64,000 bases of DNA, from the NCBI GenBank assembly GCA_963842885.1, contig CAWJIE010000004.1, forward strand, positions 128,001 through 192,000, given 5' to 3'. Below, piece by piece: positions 19,545 through 30,422 of this stretch. The notes under the pieces were generated by a model. That model did not search any database and had not been told where the DNA came from. It saw nothing but the letters and a program-made list of their open reading frames with translations. Origin of the DNA: an uncultured Nitrososphaerota archaeon. GTDB taxonomy: Archaea; Thermoproteota; Nitrososphaeria; Conexivisphaerales; DTJL01. The position numbers and the translations under genes are program-made. Every line of letters begins with the position of its first letter. The first letter of the stretch is position 1.

Positions 19545-20066
19545 TTGAGTGTGGACACTAAGATAGCGATGGGGGAACTCAGCAAGAGTCGTGCGGAGCT
19601 GCTGGCGCAGACCGCGCTTATTGCTGCCGTCTATGGCATTGGGACCTACGCGATCGCGCCGATCGCCTACGGCCCCATTCAGGTGCGCATTACGGACGCA
19701 TTGCTGCCAATCTCATGGAATAGAAGGGTAGGCTTTGCTGGAGTGCTGGGGGTGACATTGGGAGTGGTGATATCCAACCTCATATCGCCGTATGGATTGC
19801 CCGACATAGTCATCGGGACCGCCGCCAATCTCTTCGTGGGCCTCATTGCCTACTTGCTGGGGAGGTGGCAGTCCAAGGGTTCCCTGGTCGTGGCCGCCCT
19901 CCAGGCGAGCGTGATAGTGGCGTTTTTCATAGGCGTCCTGTTGATGGCTTTGGTTTATTCCTCCAACCCTATCACAAGTTTCGCCACAATGTTGGTGGGC
20001 GAACTGGTGGCCTGCGTGGGATTGGGGGTGCCCGTCATGCTGGCTATCAAGACCCGCTATCGTTGA
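19545..20066 (+). CDS. queT: QueT-family transporter (7-deazaguanine precursor S-component-like)
   Basis: ALIAAVY...APIAYGPIQVRITDAL, GVTLGVVISNLISPYGLPDIVIGT, VGEL; start TTG 19545 or GTG 19551 after GGGAGG. Confidence 0.88.
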   Translation: MSVDTKIAMGELSKSRAELLAQTALIAAVYGIGTYAIAPIAYGPIQVRITDALLPISWNRRVGFAGVLGVTLGVVISNLISPYGLPDIVIGTAANLFVGLIAYLLGRWQSKGSLVVAALQASVIVAFFIGVLLMALVYSSNPITSFATMLVGELVACVGLGVPVMLAIKTRYR

Positions 20067-20165
20067 CCCGCTCGTCAGTCGGGAGGTGCCGCCACTAGCT
20101 TCCTATAGTTACCGTTCCGCGGAATTTCATCACAAATGAGATGTGGGGCTCTCATAATAGGCCTT

Positions 20166-21452
20166 TCAGCTCGCGGACCTGAAGAAGTCTTCAAGCCTCG
20201 TCTGGTGAAGGAAGTGCGGGATGAGCCGAGATGCTTCGACCCATCTCTGGATAGGTATCGAGAGTTCAGCGGAGGCCAGACGAAGCGCTTGGCCGAGGTC
20301 GTCCGCCTCGGTGGGAGGCCGCCGCAGGGCTTTGCGCGCGATTTCGCGGAACCGCCAGACGCCCAGGGGAATCCATTCGGGATGCACCTCCATGAGAACC
20401 AGCGCGCCGGCCTGTCTCCTTGTGCTCGCGAGGTATTCCAAGACCGGCAGCCTTGCCGCATGATATGCTCCCGCCAGATTGGTTGGGTAGGTCTTCCTTC
20501 CCGACGTCAGCTCGTAGTCAGAGTACACCTTCGAGTCGGCCGTCAGCCAACCCTCAAGGCCTTCGAACATCCAAGGGGATGGCAGGAGCACCACGCACAC
20601 GGTATTCCCCAAGGCCCTGTGGCTGAAGAAGCTGTAACCGCTGACCTCCGCGAAGTCAAGGACCTTGTCGATGAGCCCCCTTCCGAGGATGTCATCGACG
20701 GCCGTAATGCTCCATTCCGTCGGGACCAGCCTCCTGTGCTTCTTGACGCCGAGCAGGCCTATGCTGAGCAGCTTCGTGATCTGGCTCTGCCTCACGCCCC
20801 CAAAGAAGAGGTCCGGGATGGCTTCGGCCGCCCTGAAATCGGTGTCTCCTACCACCTTCTCCACCCTTAGCGAGACGGAGGGGTTCTCGGCCACTCTGAC
20901 GCTGACGAGCGGCGCTGAAGGCCCGTTGGGGGGGCTCCTCGAATTGAACACCTCGCTGAGGACCGGCCTCTTCCCCAAGACGGCCTCCACATCGGTGGGC
21001 TTCGAGGCCATGATGATCTCCTGGGTTGCAGAGAGGATGCGGGAGGGGTCGACGGCCTCCCCGACGTCCATTGTGTACTTGCCTCTCACGAGGCTCAGGC
21101 GGTAACGCAGAATCTCATCAAATCCCTTGTCCACCCATCTCTCCGGCATGTCCATCAGCGTGGTGTCCTCGTGCGGGAGAGGGGGGACAAGGGGACCAGC
21201 CAGCACCTTGGGATAGCCATGCTCTCCTACGAAGACCGAAGGTGGCGACGCGCCGAAGACCCTGTCGATGTTCTCGAGGCGGGCCGCCGATCTGAAGGCC
21301 TTGAGCTTGGCAATGTAGGGACATCGTTCTTCTCGACACAGGGAGGAGAACCCATGGCAGACCGGGCATCTTGCCTCCCTGCGCCGCTCCCCCCTCTGCA
21401 CCTCTACGAAACGAAGCTGTCTCATGTTATCCCCAGTAACGGACCCTGCCAC
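20166..21452 (-). CDS. nreA: Nre-family DNA repair protein
   Basis: N-terminal C4 finger, SPPSVFVG..GYPKV, LVPTEWSITAVD, C-terminal PIP box QTRLEDFF. Confidence 0.93.
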   Translation of the reverse strand: MAGSVTGDNMRQLRFVEVQRGERRREARCPVCHGFSSLCREERCPYIAKLKAFRSAARLENIDRVFGASPPSVFVGEHGYPKVLAGPLVPPLPHEDTTLMDMPERWVDKGFDEILRYRLSLVRGKYTMDVGEAVDPSRILSATQEIIMASKPTDVEAVLGKRPVLSEVFNSRSPPNGPSAPLVSVRVAENPSVSLRVEKVVGDTDFRAAEAIPDLFFGGVRQSQITKLLSIGLLGVKKHRRLVPTEWSITAVDDILGRGLIDKVLDFAEVSGYSFFSHRALGNTVCVVLLPSPWMFEGLEGWLTADSKVYSDYELTSGRKTYPTNLAGAYHAARLPVLEYLASTRRQAGALVLMEVHPEWIPLGVWRFREIARKALRRPPTEADDLGQALRLASAELSIPIQRWVEASRLIPHFLHQTRLEDFFRSAS

Positions 21453-21465
21453 AGACGAACGGCGT

Positions 21466-22458
21466 CTAGGAAAGCAGTCTGATTACGGCCTTCTTAACCT
21501 TCTCTTTGTACTGTTCCAGCTCTAGCGCCGACATCTTCCCCCTTTCCGTAGGGAAGCCAGCCGCAAAGTCGTGACCTCCCCCACCGAAAAGCTCTGCGAT
21601 CTTCCTGCAGCTGACATCCTCCACGGTCCTCCTGACACTTCCTTCGCCTGAGTCGCTGAGGCCTATGGAGACGTCGGCCTTGAATTGATCCAGCACGATC
21701 AGCGAGGCCTGCGTCCCCGAGAAGATGGCGGGGAACCGGAATAGGACGACGGAGTGCTTGCCGGCCTGGAAGACTTCGGAATCGGCCAGAATCTTCTTCC
21801 TCTCCTTCGTCTTCAGTGCCTCATACTCCTCGATGAAACCGTTCTGATAGGGCTCCACGATTCCGTCTTCGTCCGCTTCGATCCGTGGGAAGGCCAGCTG
21901 TAGGACTATTTGGAGGAGCCTCGGGGCGATTATCGTGCGCTTGTCCAAGTAGTTGGAGTAGTCTATCATGGCCATCAGCTTGGAGGTGACGCCGTATTTC
22001 AGCTCGAGGAGGTCCGAATCGCGTCCGAGCTTGGAGAGCAGGAGGGCGTGAGCGTCGTCGAGCCCGTTTCGGACGAACAGGTTCTGGTAGGTGATTTCCG
22101 ACGCCACAGTGGAGCTGGCACGGAGGTCGAGGAAGTCCACGACGCCCGAAAGGGAAGACCTGATCGCCTCGGTGGAAGGGTGGTGGTCGAACCACGATAT
22201 TTCATTGTTCCAAGACTTCAACGTCCGGAATTTCTCGAGTATGGGTTCGAGGTTGGGGAGATTGGTCGAAAGGTCGGTTATGAGGAACTTGCTATTCTGA
22301 AGCTCCAGGAACTTCTCCTCGACGACGGGGTCTTCGTCGGTGTAGTCTTTGAGCGAGATGACGTACGGCTGACGCTTGTGCTTGGCGACGAACCGAAGAG
22401 ACAGCGCGGCCGACGCAAGGCCGTCCAGGTCCTTCCGATGCGAAATGATGACGTACAT
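21466..22458 (-). CDS. DHH/DHHA1 phosphoesterase
   Basis: DLDG, ITDL, FDHH, GGGGH..AAG. Confidence 0.9.
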   Translation of the reverse strand: MYVIISHRKDLDGLASAALSLRFVAKHKRQPYVISLKDYTDEDPVVEEKFLELQNSKFLITDLSTNLPNLEPILEKFRTLKSWNNEISWFDHHPSTEAIRSSLSGVVDFLDLRASSTVASEITYQNLFVRNGLDDAHALLLSKLGRDSDLLELKYGVTSKLMAMIDYSNYLDKRTIIAPRLLQIVLQLAFPRIEADEDGIVEPYQNGFIEEYEALKTKERKKILADSEVFQAGKHSVVLFRFPAIFSGTQASLIVLDQFKADVSIGLSDSGEGSVRRTVEDVSCRKIAELFGGGGHDFAAGFPTERGKMSALELEQYKEKVKKAVIRLLS

Positions 22459-22591
22459 TGTTCAGCAGAAGGTGTTAGCCAATAACCTCAGATAAACATA
22501 ATCTCTAAACGGAAAACCTAGCTGACGGAAAGGGCATCCTCCCGTCTCTAAACCTTATATCGTCCACGGAGAAGAAAGAGAGAGTAGCTCG

Positions 22592-23623
22592 ATGAGTTCG
22601 TCCGTTTCTAGGGAGGCCGAGTTCGTGAGGTATCCGTTCATTCCGGGAGTCGAATCGTACCTCAGGGACTCGGGCTTCTCCATCGACGACATCGCGGACC
22701 CCAAGACCATCAGCAGGGCACAGGATATCCTTTCCAGGGCCGAGGAGAGGATCCTGGAGGCCCTGGAGAAGAAGCCTAGCGAGATTCGGTACGAAGACAG
22801 GTTCGTCGAAATCTTCAGTTTCATTGTTGCCATGATCATGGTGAAAGCCACCTCGAGCACCTTCCTGGAGAGGGTCTTCGCCCGATCGGAGGGGACCAGG
22901 TCCAGGGAGGCCTTCAGAGAGGAGGAGGTGGGCGCGATGTGCAACCTGATGAACGGGCTCTTCGACCTAAGGATGGAGACCGTGGAGAAGCTTCCGTGGA
23001 GGGCAACGGAAGAGGCGAGGATGAAGCTGCAGATGAGGGTGCCCGCCGAGAGGTACCTCAGTGTCATGGCCACCCTGCAGCTCTTGGACAATCCTCGGTT
23101 CGCCTTGGTGAACAACACGCTGTACTTAGGGTACATCTATCTGTCCAAGGAGAGGCTCGTCGACATCGTTCAGGACCAGTTCTCGCTCTTCATCTTCCAG
23201 CGCTTCAAGAAGATGGAGAAGCCGGTGAGGCTTCCACCGGCGATGCAGGAGATCGTGGAGAGGTTGTCTCTTAGGCTCCCCAAGCCCAGACCCTACCAGG
23301 ACTCCGGACAGTACAGGTACATCGAGAAGATCCTCGAGAGCCCGATCATGGATGGCAGGCACCGCATCCTCTGGCTCATCCTTCCTCCCTATCTCATCAA
23401 CGTGAAGAAGGTCTCGGACGAAGAGGCCTTCGATACAATCATGAAGTACATGCAGAAGTGCGGCTGGCACGAGACCAACGCCGAAAGGCTCGTGAGGTAC
23501 AACATCAACAGGGCGAAGAGGATCGGCTTGAAGCCCCCTAGGTTGGAGAGGCTGGCTGAGACGAACCCAGGCCTCTACAAGACCATCTTGGACGCCATCG
23601 CCAAGACCGAGAAGACCATCTGA
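22592..23623 (+). CDS. priL: DNA primase large subunit N-domain fused to a PriX-like domain
   Basis: RYPF, LVNNTLYLGYIY (PriL N-terminal domain); YIEKILE..IMDGRHRILWLILPPYLINVK (PriX-like). Confidence 0.8.
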   Translation: MSSSVSREAEFVRYPFIPGVESYLRDSGFSIDDIADPKTISRAQDILSRAEERILEALEKKPSEIRYEDRFVEIFSFIVAMIMVKATSSTFLERVFARSEGTRSREAFREEEVGAMCNLMNGLFDLRMETVEKLPWRATEEARMKLQMRVPAERYLSVMATLQLLDNPRFALVNNTLYLGYIYLSKERLVDIVQDQFSLFIFQRFKKMEKPVRLPPAMQEIVERLSLRLPKPRPYQDSGQYRYIEKILESPIMDGRHRILWLILPPYLINVKKVSDEEAFDTIMKYMQKCGWHETNAERLVRYNINRAKRIGLKPPRLERLAETNPGLYKTILDAIAKTEKTI

Positions 23624-23696
23624 TACCTCAGGGCATCCTTTACGAAGCGACCCCAACTTTATATCAATAGGAGGGAAGCCCAATGGCTGAGAGTCC

Positions 23697-24062
23697 TTGG
23701 CGGAGGAGTTCGAATTCAAACAGGTGATGGCGGTGAGGACGGACATCTCCATGGGCAAGGGTAAGTTGGCTGCACAGGTGGCCCATGCGGCCGTCGCCGC
23801 GTCGAGAGACACCGAACGGAAGAAGCCGAAGTGGTTCAAGGGGTGGTGGGCTGAGGGGCAGGCGAAGATCGTGGTCAAGGTGGGGAGCGAATCTGAACTG
23901 GAAGACCTTCGGCGGACGGCCGAGGAGCTGGGCCTTCCCACGGCCATGGTGGTGGATCGCGGTCTGACTCAAATCGCGCCCAACACGACCACCTGCCTGG
24001 GCATCGGCCCAGGTCCAGCCGAGCTCATCGACCGCGTTACGGGCGACCTCAAGCTGCTCTAG
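23697..24062 (+). CDS. pth2: Peptidyl-tRNA hydrolase Pth2
   Basis: VRTDISMGKGKLAAQVAHA, DRGLTQI, GIGP, VTGDLKLL. Confidence 0.97.
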   Translation: MAEEFEFKQVMAVRTDISMGKGKLAAQVAHAAVAASRDTERKKPKWFKGWWAEGQAKIVVKVGSESELEDLRRTAEELGLPTAMVVDRGLTQIAPNTTTCLGIGPGPAELIDRVTGDLKLL

Positions 24063-24068
24063 GCCGGC

Positions 24069-25218
24069 GTGAAAGCCATGAAGACCACAGTCCTAGAGGA
24101 ATTGGACATTGGCATCGGGGAATACGCCACCTCTGGGAAGGGGCTCGGAGGGAGGACAAAGACTGTCCCCGAAGACTTCGTGGTATCAGAGGTCCTCATG
24201 GATGATTCGAAGAAGCTCATAGTGAAGAAAGGGTCGGAGGGATACCCCCTCTACGTGCTCTGCAAGTGGAACTCAGGCACCATCGAAGCCCGTGAGAGGG
24301 TGCAGTGGACCACCGGCATCGCGATGAACTCCCTCGGCCTGAAGGACAAGAGGGCCCTGACGTATCAGTTCCTTTCAGGCAGGAAGAAAGCGGAGGCCCC
24401 GCCCGGACTTGTCGAGGAGGCGGCGTTCAGGGCTCTCACTGGTGGCCGAGACTGTCAGACCGCTGAAGAAGGTGGACCTGCTGGGCAACTTCTTCAGGAT
24501 CAGGGTCCACTCGTTCGGCGGGGACCCGTCGGACGTGAAGGAGATTGGATCGCTTCTCGACGCGTGCAGACTCCCCAACTTCTTCGGCTCGCAGCGGTTC
24601 GGAAGGGACAAGCCGAACCAGAAGGTCGGAGGAGCCATCGTGAAGAGGAGGTTCTCGGAGGCGGCGGAGATTCTGCTAGAGAAGGGGATGCCCGAAGCAG
24701 ACGCGGTTCTCGCACTGCGAAAGGTCCCCTTGAGCCTGAGGCGTCTACTGGTCCAGTCATACCAGTCCTACCTCTACAACAGGATGCTCAGCAAGGTCTT
24801 GGAACGGAGCGGCTCGCTTTCCGAGGAATCCGCGATGTACATCCTGAAGGGCAGAGACGTCCCCGTCGTTCTCGAAAGGTATCTCAGGGATCCGTCGGAA
24901 GCGATGGCTGGTTTCATCCCTGTGCCGCTCGGCCAGCTTCCCGGCTTCGCATTCAGGAACAGGCATGACCCGTACTCCATCGCCATGGCCGACGTTCTGG
25001 AGGAGGAGGGGCTCACGCCCAGGGACTTCTTCATCAAGGAGATGCAGGAGCTCAGCTTGGAGGGTGGATACCGGCCTGCCCCCATCGTAGGGTGGTTCAA
25101 GGGCTGCCGCGTTGAGGACTACGCCGAAATCCGGTTCGGGCTGTACAGCGGTTGCTACGCCACCGTCTTCCTGCGGGAGCTGATGAAGCCCCAGGACCCG
25201 ACGTCGTCAGGCCTTTGA
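24069..25218 (+). CDS. truD: tRNA pseudouridine(13) synthase; frameshift ~24430
   Basis: PEDFVVSE, GLKDKRALTYQ, GNFFRI, PNFFGSQRFG, GCYATVFLRELMK. Confidence 0.92.
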
Positions 25219-26618
25219 ACTTTTATCCAAGCCTGCCCGCTCGACCAGGGAGGAGGCCCTCCTTCTCGCTTCGCCGATGACCTTCTCTTCGTCCAAAGTT
25301 GTGACCTTCCTGTTCAGCATCAGGGCTCGTCCGTCCACGAAGACGTGGGAGACGTCCTGCCCGGTGGCTGAATACACGACGTTCGACAAGGGATTTAGCG
25401 ACGGTGTTAGATGAGGGCTGTCCAGGTCCAGGATGATGAAGTCCGCCCTGTACCCCGACTCGACACGGCCCACGACGCCTTCAAGACCCATCGACCTGTA
25501 TCCGTTAGTGACGGCCATCCTGAGGGCATCGCTGTAGCCCAAGGCCCTCGGGTCTCGCATAGCCACCTTCTGGAGGAGGGCGGCCAACTTGCATTCCCTC
25601 AGCATGTCGTAGGTGTCGTTGCTGGGCCCTCCGTCTGTGCCAAGGGCTACGTTGGCGCCTGCCTTGAGCATCTTCACCACAGGAGCGATCCCCGAGCCCA
25701 GCTTCATGTTCGAGGAGGGGTTGTGGGATATCGTGCTCCCTCTTTTTGCGAACTCCTTGATGTCGGCGTCGGAAAGCCAGACGCAGTGCACGTATACCGT
25801 CTTGTTCCTCAGAAGCCCCATCTTCCCGAGGAACTTGGCAGGCGTCGTGCCCCTCTCTTTGAAGTAGGCCACGTCGTCCTGGATCTCCGCGAGATGCATG
25901 GTCAGGCCGGAGTCGTATTCATCGAGGACTGAAGCCATCTCCTTGAACAGGGAGTCGCTGCAGGCGCCAGGAGTCCGAGGGGAAAGCCAAATCCAGAGCC
26001 TTCCGTCTTTGCCGTCCCAACGCCTGACGGAGCCCCCTGAAAGATTTGAGAGAAGCCTCCTTGCCCTCCTGCAGGCTGGCCGGGAGGGCCTCCTTCTTGG
26101 AAGCGTAGCCTGGGATGTCCATAATCTGCCTTCCCAGGGCGGCCCTGACGCCCGAAGCGTGGACGGCTTCGGCCACCTTTTCTGGCCCGTACCTACCGTT
26201 GACGGAGGTGGCGATGAAAGCAGTGGTGCCGGCCTTTATCATCTCGAGCAATGTAAGCTCGGCGCTGACGCGGCCGTCCTCTCCTTCGAAGCTCCCCTGC
26301 AGAGGCCAGACCCATCGCGTCAGCCAGTCAAGAAGGGTGACATCATCCGGGACTGAGCTCCTGAGAAGAGATTGTGCCAGATGGACGTGCGTGTTGACGA
26401 GGCCGGGCATGACGAGCTTGTTGTGGCCGTCGATGGTGACGTCAGGATGCACGGCGAGAGGCCTGACCTCTTCGGGCTTTCCGACCTTTATGAAACGACC
26501 GTCCTCGACGTAGACCGAGGCGGACTTGAAAAGGCGGAACCTGCTGATCGAAGGTGGCGACGGAGGCGTCTCTTACGAAGATACTCCCAGTCAAATCATC
26601 AGTCGCAGGAGTGACCAC
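25207..26618 (-). CDS. Amidohydrolase (MtaD/SsnA-like deaminase); frameshifts ~26545 and ~26035
   Basis: PGLVNTHVH, MHLAE, VHCVW, HNPSSNMKLGSG, LGTDG. Confidence 0.88.
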
Positions 26619-26646
26619 ACGCCCCTGTCGGTATTAAGACCTTCTT

Positions 26647-27699
26647 TCACCACGTCATCTTCAGGATCCCCTGGAGCCTTAGAGAGTCCAGGAGGCCCTC
26701 TGCGTAGCCGGCCTCCACCAGGGCAAGCTCGGGCTTCCCCTCCAGGATGAACCGGTCGGCGTCCGAAAGGTAGGCCTCCACGTTGTCGAAGACGCTTCGA
26801 AGGTCGGGCATCGAAGGCTGGGCAGCCAGCTCCTTGGCCACCTTCAGGGCCGCCTTGGTCTTTGCGACGGTCCTGTCTACGATGGTCTTGCTAGGAGGGA
26901 CCAGCGTCGTCTTGGATGACGCGAGCATGGTGGGGTCAGCCTTCGCCAGGGCGACGAGCGCCTCCGACTCGGTGTAGTGGAGGCTTCCGGGGACCAATAT
27001 GCTGTGAGGAGGAGGGCCGAACTCCATCATCTGGAGATCATGGAGCCTGCCCGCGACGACGGACTGGTCCGGCCATCCGAGCCTGGAGACGACGATCAGG
27101 AGGCGGTCGTCGGGGAAGACCCCCAGCCTGTAAGAGCTCTCGACCTCGCTGAGCATCTTCATGCCGTCAGTGGGCTTCAGGTCGAAGTTCTCGTCGTAGC
27201 TGTACTCCAGGAGGAGGAGCGTATGAAGCCCCAGGCCGAGCGTCTCCTTGACGGCGGAGTAGACGGAGCCGAGAGCGGAAGGCGTCGACCTGACCAGGGT
27301 GATGACCCGGCCCAGCTTATAGGGATGGAGACCCGTCTCGCCGAAGACGGCGTTGAGGATCCCTGAAGAGTAGAAGACCTTCACCGGGATGCCCAACTCC
27401 AAGGCACGAAGTCGTAGGGTCATGTGCGTCGTGGCGATCAGCGAGTCCCCCATGCAGAAGACGGCCGTCTCTCCCTTGGAGCTCTCCTCCAGTATCCTCC
27501 TCCCGTCCTCCAGGAGGGTGCGGGTAGCCGGAGCGAGCTCTCTGCCCACGAGTTTCCCCATCCGCGCCAGGAGGCCGTCCGGCCAGGGGCTCGTGTAGAC
27601 GTCGGCGTACAGATGATCGCATTTGCGGGCGAACTCCAGAGCCCCCATGGGGATGCCGTCGGTCCCCTGAATGCCGAGGCCTATGAGAGAGAGTGTCAA
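26647..27699 (-). CDS. dph5: Diphthine synthase fused to C-terminal DUF357
   Basis: LIGLG, YTS, GDSLIATTH, GLHPYKLG, HTLLLL; C-terminal YLSDA.RF...GYAEGLLDSLR. Confidence 0.92.
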   Translation of the reverse strand: MTLSLIGLGIQGTDGIPMGALEFARKCDHLYADVYTSPWPDGLLARMGKLVGRELAPATRTLLEDGRRILEESSKGETAVFCMGDSLIATTHMTLRLRALELGIPVKVFYSSGILNAVFGETGLHPYKLGRVITLVRSTPSALGSVYSAVKETLGLGLHTLLLLEYSYDENFDLKPTDGMKMLSEVESSYRLGVFPDDRLLIVVSRLGWPDQSVVAGRLHDLQMMEFGPPPHSILVPGSLHYTESEALVALAKADPTMLASSKTTLVPPSKTIVDRTVAKTKAALKVAKELAAQPSMPDLRSVFDNVEAYLSDADRFILEGKPELALVEAGYAEGLLDSLRLQGILKMTW

Positions 27700-27868
27700 C
27701 GGATGACTCAGTCAACCGCCAGCCCGCAGGTGCTATTATGGTTTGCCCGGATGAGTTTCCGGAAGGACTGGCGGACGATTGGCTTCTTGAACCGTCATGA
27801 CGAGTTTGCCAGGTGAGTTGTGGCATGAATGAAAAGCCTTATCTTAGTCAACAAGGCTCTCAGCACGG

Positions 27869-29067
27869 TTGCCAAAGGCTCGACGAGACCTCTCGGTCGA
27901 TGTCGAGAGGTACTTCAGGACCGACGCCGGAGTCGCAAAGAGCATCGCTCAGACCATTGGACAGATTGCCAGTGAGCTCAAGGGGAGGAAGGGAGGGGAC
28001 CAGAATCCGCATCATGAACTTCTGCGGCACGCATGAATGGACCACGACGCACTACGGCATCAGAAGCCTCCTGCCCAGCAACGTGGAGATGATCTCCGGG
28101 CCTGGATGCCCTGTATGCGTGACGCCCGCGAACTACGTCGACATCTGCATCCGGCTCGCCTTGGAAGGCGTGCGTGTGTATTCATATGGCGACGCCTTCA
28201 GGCTGCCCAACACAAATGCGGTCTCAAATGCCAGGAGTCTAGAGGAGGCGAAGGCTCTGGGCGGCGATGTGAAGGTCGTCTACAGCTTCCTTGATGCCAT
28301 CAAGGACGCCAAGGAATACGGGAAGGATTGCGTCTTCCTCGGGATAGGATTCGAGACCACCACTCCCAGCTACTCCGAACCGCTAGCTCACGACATGGTC
28401 CCCGAGAACCTGTATTTTCTGAGCGCCTTGCGCCTGACTCCGCCCGCGGCCTCCTTTGCGCTGGAGAAGGTGGGCGGGGTGGACGGCATCATCGCGCCAG
28501 GCCATGTTTCAGTGATAACCGGTGCGTCAGCTTGGGCGCCGATAGCTGAGAGGTTCAAGACCCCGGCGGTCGTCTCCGGTTTCGAGCCCCTAGATCTACT
28601 CATTTCGATAGCAGGCTTGCTCAATCAGATAAGCCGTGGGGAGCACAAGGTGGAAATAGAGTACAGGAGGGCTGTCGGCTGGGAAGGCAACGCGCGGGCG
28701 AAGGCCTCCATCGCAAAGGTCTTTGAAGAGGCGGACGCCGCCTGGAGAGGGATAGGCGTGATACCGGCCAGCGGCCTGGAACCTCGCAAGAAGTATGCGT
28801 CACACGACGCGAAGTTGACGATTTGACATACGGGATCCCACGAAGAAGACCTGGACCGAGGACCTCCCGGAAGGATGTCGCTGTGGCGAGGTCACCCTTG
28901 GCCTCATCAAGCCGACAGATTGCCCTCTCTTCCTGGTCGCCTGCACGGCGGAGAAGCCTTATGGGCCGTGCATGGTCTCTTCGGAGGGGACCTGCGCCGT
29001 GTGGGCAAGATATGGGGGCGGAGGGCTTGCCGACAAGGTGGCCGCCGAAACGGAGGCGAAGCGGTAG
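27869..29067 (+). CDS. hypD: Hydrogenase maturation protein HypD; frameshifts ~28004 and ~28820-28860
   Basis: CGTHE, GPGCPVC, GFETT, PGHVS, C-terminal CRC...C..F...[12 protein letters not shown]. Confidence 0.93.
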
Positions 29068-29376
29068 TTGTGCTGGGCCGTGCCAGCTAGGGTTATCGAA
29101 ATCAACGACCTGATTGCCAAGGTAGACTTCGGAGGCGGAACGGTCAGGGAGATCCTTGCCGCCACGCCCGAGGAGCTCTCCGTGGGAGACTACGTCTTGG
29201 TGCACGCGGGGACCGCGATAACGAAGCTTAGCGAGCAGGAGTTCCTCGAGAGCTTCAGCTACTATAGAGACATCGCCGTACAGCTGGAGGTCGACGCCGG
29301 CGTCTCCAAGAAGAGGGCGGAAAGGGAAGTGGACAGATCTCTTAGGGACCTGCTGGGCGATAGGGTCAGAGGCTGA
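29068..29376 (+). CDS. hypC: Hydrogenase chaperone HypC
   Basis: MCWAVPA, VGDYVLVHAG.AI. Confidence 0.95.
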   Translation: MCWAVPARVIEINDLIAKVDFGGGTVREILAATPEELSVGDYVLVHAGTAITKLSEQEFLESFSYYRDIAVQLEVDAGVSKKRAEREVDRSLRDLLGDRVRG

Positions 29377-29378
29377 TT

Positions 29379-30422
29379 GTGCGGATGGGACGGCGTTTCG
29401 TCACCCTCGCTCACGGAGCCGGCGGAAAGGAGACTCAGGAGCTCCTGGAGGGGATGCTGTTCAGCAGGCTGGAGAGGAAACTGAAGACCGTGAAGGGGGG
29501 AGTGGGGTTGGATTCCCCCGACGACGCCGCGGCCATCCCAATCGGCGACGAATTCCTGGTGGTGACGGTGGACTCATACACGGTAAGCCCGCTAATCTTT
29601 CCCGGAGGGGACATCGGGAGCCTAGCGGCTTCCGGTAGCATCAACGACGTGCTGATGATGGGCGGGAGACCCATCGCACTCCTCGATGCCATCGTGGTCG
29701 AGGAGGGTTTCGACCTGGACCTGCTCACCCAGCTCATGGATTCGCTTACTGCCACGCTTCGTCAGGAGTCCATACCCCTTATTGGGGGGGACTTCAAGAC
29801 GATGCCCAAAGGCCAGCTGGACAAGATCGTCATAACGACGGTGGGCCTTGGGCTGACAAGGAGGCCCATTGTGGACGCGGAGTTGAAGCCGGGGGACAAA
29901 ATCATAGTCACCGGCACCATGGGAGACCACGGCGCGACGATACTGGCCCTGCAGCAGGGGGTCGACGTGATGAAGTCGGGCCTGAAGAGCGACGCTCGAC
30001 CTTTGACGTCGTACATGCTACCCTTGTTGGAGCGCTTCGGTGAAGGCATCCATGCAGCGCGCGACCCCACCAGAGGAGGGCTGGCCATGACGCTTAACGA
30101 TTGGGCGAAGGGAAGCGGCGCGGTCGTGGCCGTCGAAGAGTCGGCAATCCCCGTGAAGGAGAGCGTTCGCCTCTACCTTGGCATGCTCGGCATCGACCCC
30201 CTGTATCTGGCGAATGAAGGCGCGGCCGTCTTGGGCGTCGACCCTCGAGTGGCTGACGGGGTGCTCAGGACGCTGAAGAAGGCGGGGGCGACGGAAGCCA
30301 CCATTATCGGCGAAGCTAGGAAGCCCAAGGAGCACAAGGGGATAGTCCTGCTCAAGAGTGGCATTGGAGGATACAGGATCCTCGAGGCGCCGGCGGGCAA
30401 CCTAGTCCCCAGGATCTGCTAG
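29379..30422 (+). CDS. hypE: Hydrogenase maturation protein HypE
   Basis: LAHGAGG, FPGGDIG, RDPTRGG, ANEG, terminal PRIC. Confidence 0.97.
   Translation: MRMGRRFVTLAHGAGGKETQELLEGMLFSRLERKLKTVKGGVGLDSPDDAAAIPIGDEFLVVTVDSYTVSPLIFPGGDIGSLAASGSINDVLMMGGRPIALLDAIVVEEGFDLDLLTQLMDSLTATLRQESIPLIGGDFKTMPKGQLDKIVITTVGLGLTRRPIVDAELKPGDKIIVTGTMGDHGATILALQQGVDVMKSGLKSDARPLTSYMLPLLERFGEGIHAARDPTRGGLAMTLNDWAKGSGAVVAVEESAIPVKESVRLYLGMLGIDPLYLANEGAAVLGVDPRVADGVLRTLKKAGATEATIIGEARKPKEHKGIVLLKSGIGGYRILEAPAGNLVPRIC

Noticed and set aside
19358-19545. Hammerhead ribozyme, C/D-box sRNA, RNase P or SRP RNA interpretation of the queT leader
   Set aside because: CTGAAGA, GAAAC and TGATGA/CTGA are present, but the required stems and spacing do not form and the RNase P/SRP signature motifs are absent
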